Source: Gracilinanus agilis
Taxonomy: Eukaryota
Direction of reading: 5' to 3'
NCBI RefSeq assembly: GCF_016433145.1
Contig: NC_058133.1
Span: 348,421,388-348,485,387 of the forward strand
Length of the DNA: 64,000 nt
Within the stretch, counting starts at the first letter, position 1, and each line of letters opens with the position of its first letter. This document shows positions 60,421 to 64,000 of the stretch, in pieces. The translations under genes and the position numbers were made by a program. Under the pieces are notes generated by a model. The model did no database searches. It saw only the letters and a list, made by a program, of their open reading frames with translations, and had not been told where the DNA came from.

Positions 60421-62389
60421 TTTTAGAAAATAGATTGTCTGAAAAAGATACAAGGAATCTTGTGTCCTGCAAGCTCAATGAGACAACAGACTAATAAGGC
60501 AGTCAAAAAAGCAAGTAAGATCTTAGGCTGTATTAAAATAGACAGAAATGATGAGCAATAGTCCTACCCACCATACTCTGCCATATGTGATCTATAAGAT
60601 CACATGTGGAAAGTGGTATGTTCATTTGTGGGTATTAATTACATTTTTGGAAGGATATATGGGGAAAGCCACCTTCTATTAGGCTACTGAAATACTGGAA
60701 GAAAATAATACAATTAAGACAATGAATTAAGTATTCAATAGCATTTAACTAGTGCTATTTATTTCTCTGCATTCAAAAGCTTCTTAGTCTATGTTTCATA
60801 TTAATCAAAATGCTACAATCAATAGTTTCTTCTAATGCTTTTAGGTTGTTAGATATATGCCTATTAAAAGCTCTATTAAAAAGCTATTAAAAATCTATTA
60901 AAAGCTCTGAAATATGGGTATGCTAGTGCACTTCACTACTCCCATTTCATCTTCATTCAACTCATTTGCTCTAGCAAACAAGAAACCTCACATGCCACTC
61001 CTCTGTTGTATTTACTTACTTCCATTTGTGGTTTTATTCTTAATTATAGCTATCTTTAGTTGTAGTTCTGAGCAGAAAATATATAAAAAATCCTAGGTTA
61101 AAAAGAGTAATGTTACCTAAATATCAAGTCATATCTGCTATGACATTTCTACATCCAGGAACCCAAATTCTGTTGCTGGGTTCCTTTGAATCTAGGTTCT
61201 ATGCTCCCAAATCACTCCATATCTAGCTTCTGATTCCAACATGTTTTAAGCACTGTGCTAAGTGGCAGGGATACAGAAAGAAAACTAAGCAGCTCTGGGT
61301 GTCAAGGAATATTATAATTGGAGGAGACAATATATAAAAGAGTGTCCATGTTCATATTCAATTCATAGCACATGAAAAGGCCAGGGAGTATATTAGGTCC
61401 AGTAGGGAGAATAGCAGGGTCAATAGCAAGGGCTTGAATACCCTGGGGAGCAACAACAAAGCAAATGGTTCCCAACCAAAAGACTGTAGTCTTCAAATAT
61501 GACATTGCATTTTCTGGGATCCCAAGGGAAAAACTAGCTATTTCCAATGCCTGAAATTCTCTGCCTCAAGTTTTTCCTTTCCTTGTCTTCCCACTCCCTA
61601 ATTTGTCCTTCTCTTTCACGTTATTATTTTTGAATTCTTACTTTCCATTTTAGTATCAATTCTAGAATCAAATCAAATCAATCAAATCAAACCCAGATCC
61701 CTCCAACTCCAGGTCTGATGCTTTATATCCACTGTGCTCTCTAGATGGCTCTCAAATTTTCTTTATTTAGTGCATATATTTTGTATGTACCTGGTTATTC
61801 ATATTATTCATATCCTACTGGATATTGCTTGAGGACAAGATTTAAAAAAATTTTTTTGGATCCCTAGTTTTCAACACAGTACCTGGTACATATAAGACAT
61901 AAACAAAATCCTTCTTGACTTATTGAATCTTTACTACTTGTTACATTTCCTGGGACAGAGTAAATTCTTAACAAATGCTTGTTGATTGTCTGGTTGAATA
62001 TGATTCCAGGAGAGGTTAAACCCAGGTCTTCCAGGCTCTAAGGTCAGTTTTCCATACACTGTACTGTGTTGTCATAATCCAGTGAAAAGACTAGATTTTA
62101 ATATTGTTTAAAATAAAACTTGTGGTATAATCAATTGTACCACTACAAATCAAGAAGCTTAGACTCTGTGGATTAAATGTCATTAAGAATGAAATTTCAG
62201 AATAATCACTTCAATTAAATGCATTTTTATTGAGTGATAACTATATATAAGACCCTTTGGAAGATGGCTGTTATCTATTTGTTCTTGTCATGTTTCTCTA
62301 TGTTGCCCTTTGGCTCACTTGCAGTTTGATTCTTTGGAAAACAGATTTAAGGTTGGAAAGGAACTTGAAAATCACATAATCTTGCAAAC

Positions 62390-63230
62390 TTAACATAACC
62401 CTATGAAAGAATGCTCCAACTCACTAACAATAAAAGAAAAGCAAATCAAAGCAAACTGAAGATATTTACTTCTTACCTTGAAATTGGTATGGATAACAAA
62501 AAACATAAACAGTCAATATAAGAACTGTGGGAAGATGAGCCCACTAGTGCACTGTTGATGGAGCTATGAACTTCTATAGTTCATCTGGAAAGCAATTTAG
62601 AATAATGCAAATAAAATGGCTAAAATGTACATATAGACTCTTTGAACTAGAAATCCACTAATAAGCTTATAGTCCAAGGAGGTCATTGATAAGAAAATAT
62701 TATGCTCTGCAGTACCTTTTATGATTGAAAAGAATTGGGAACAAAACAGATGTCCAACAATAGGGGAATGGCTAAACAAATTGTGGTCCATGAAAGTAAT
62801 GCAATATTGCTGAGTTGTAAGAAATGATGAAATGTGATGAATCCAGAGAAGCAGGAGAAGATGTATGTGAAGTACAGTGAAGTACAAAGTGGCGAGAAAA
62901 CAATAAACACAGTTACTACAACAGTGTAAGCGGAAATCACCAAAAAAAAAAAAAAAAAGGAAAAATGTTTAAAAATAGCTTAGAAAAAAGGTATGAGAAG
63001 ACACACTCCACCCTTTTGGAGATGTAAGAGGTCCATATAAGTTGTACACTGCACACTTTTTCAATGTACTGATTAGTTATGCTGATTTTCCCCCTATTCT
63101 TTAAAAACTACAACTTGTTATATGAGATCTCTGTCTTGGAGGGGGAGGGGGCAAGGATACTGGAGAAAATTATGGTAATGTAAAAGGAAACAAGAGTTAT
63201 CAATATGAACTTACTTTAAAACAAAAAAAA
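62390..63230 (+). mobile_element. Old L1 3' fragment
   Basis: Diverged ORF2 C-terminus and 3' UTR. Confidence 0.65.
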
Positions 63231-63291
63231 TTATTATAATCTAACACCACTATTCATAGGATCAAAGATCCAAATCTAAAAGGAACTTAAA

Positions 63292-63702
63292 TGGTAATAC
63301 ATCCCGCTTCCTTTGTGGGAAGTGTCTGAGAAAGTATATAAAGAAGAGAGAGCATGAATTTTGGCACCTTTTTCCTGCAACGAGGGAGAGCACTCTTTTT
63401 GGAGAACGGAGGAGAGTGCCTTTCCACACACAACCCCCGCCCCGGAGAGAACCTTTTGCCCCTGAGAGCTTTGGTCCCAGCTAACTGCTGGAGATTCAAA
63501 CTCCTAGCTTTCCCAAACCTTTCTTTCCTAACCTAAATAAGCCCAGTTTAAATATCTCTAAAGTGTCGCCTGATTTTTGTTCTGCTCCGAAGGGTTCGGG
63601 TTAATTTCCCTACCAGGAGTGGGGGCTACCCTGGCTTCCTTCCCTACCTTCCTTTTCCCTTCCTTTCTCCCATTATCCTTCCTCCCTTTTTCAACACAAC
63701 AG
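63292..63702 (+). mobile_element. Probable LTR fragment
   Basis: TATATAAA at about 63335; CpG-rich relative to flanks; ends in ...CAACA; no TSD resolved. Confidence 0.4.
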
Positions 63703-63775
63703 CAGGAATAGGGGAATACTAGTATTAAAAATAGTATTCTCCATGCAAATTTCTTATGGAGCCTGTGTGTGTGTC

Positions 63776-63839
63776 TGGATGGATAGATGGACCGATGGAT
63801 GGATGGATGGATGGATGGATGGATGGATGGATAGATAGA
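63776..63839. repeat. (GGAT)n/(AGAT)n tetranucleotide repeat
   Basis: Direct observation. Confidence 0.93.
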
Positions 63840-64000
63840 TATTGAATTTATGAGAGAATAATAGTATATTGTTTTATAAGTATGAAGGTTAAATCCTGTC
63901 AACCAGATAATGTCAAAGAATAATGAAGGAATAAAAATATATCTATGTGATATGGTCTATAGTCACTAGAAAAATGCTAGAATAATGCCTTCTCAGACTG

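Noticed and set aside
60870-60908. Short ctattaaaa(g) repeats as a CRISPR-like or regulatory array
   Set aside because: Simple slippage repeat with no spacers, in a eukaryotic intron.
52339-64000. The next upstream ASCC3 exon
   Set aside because: No matching peptide was found by eye. The region appears to be one long repeat-filled intron extending past the window.

Overview
This is AT-rich, repeat-dense vertebrate DNA from a marsupial, most likely the opossum Monodelphis, inferred from many SINE1_Mdo-type SINEs. The window lies entirely inside one minus-strand gene, ASCC3 (Ski2-like tandem-cassette helicase). I traced 15 GT-AG exons totalling 2235 nt (745 codons) in one continuous frame. They run from RecA2 of the N-terminal cassette, through the winged-helix and Sec63 regions, to RecA1 of the C-terminal cassette. 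The introns hold SINE1, MIR/Mar1, L1, L2, CR1/L3, RTE-like fragments, hAT MITEs, ERV-type solo LTRs, microsatellites and two assembly gaps. The main finding is a 664-bp solo LTR (24588-25251; TGTAA...TTACA termini; perfect 4-bp TSD) inserted in the middle of the conserved coding motif WWIW|VEDP. The duplicated target (GGTA on the gene strand) and the LTR's terminal CA together create a GT donor and a CAG acceptor. Splicing there would remove the insertion exactly and restore the reading frame. This is a candidate retroviral-LTR-derived intron gain in a mammalian protein-coding gene. It needs ortholog alignment and RNA-seq confirmation.
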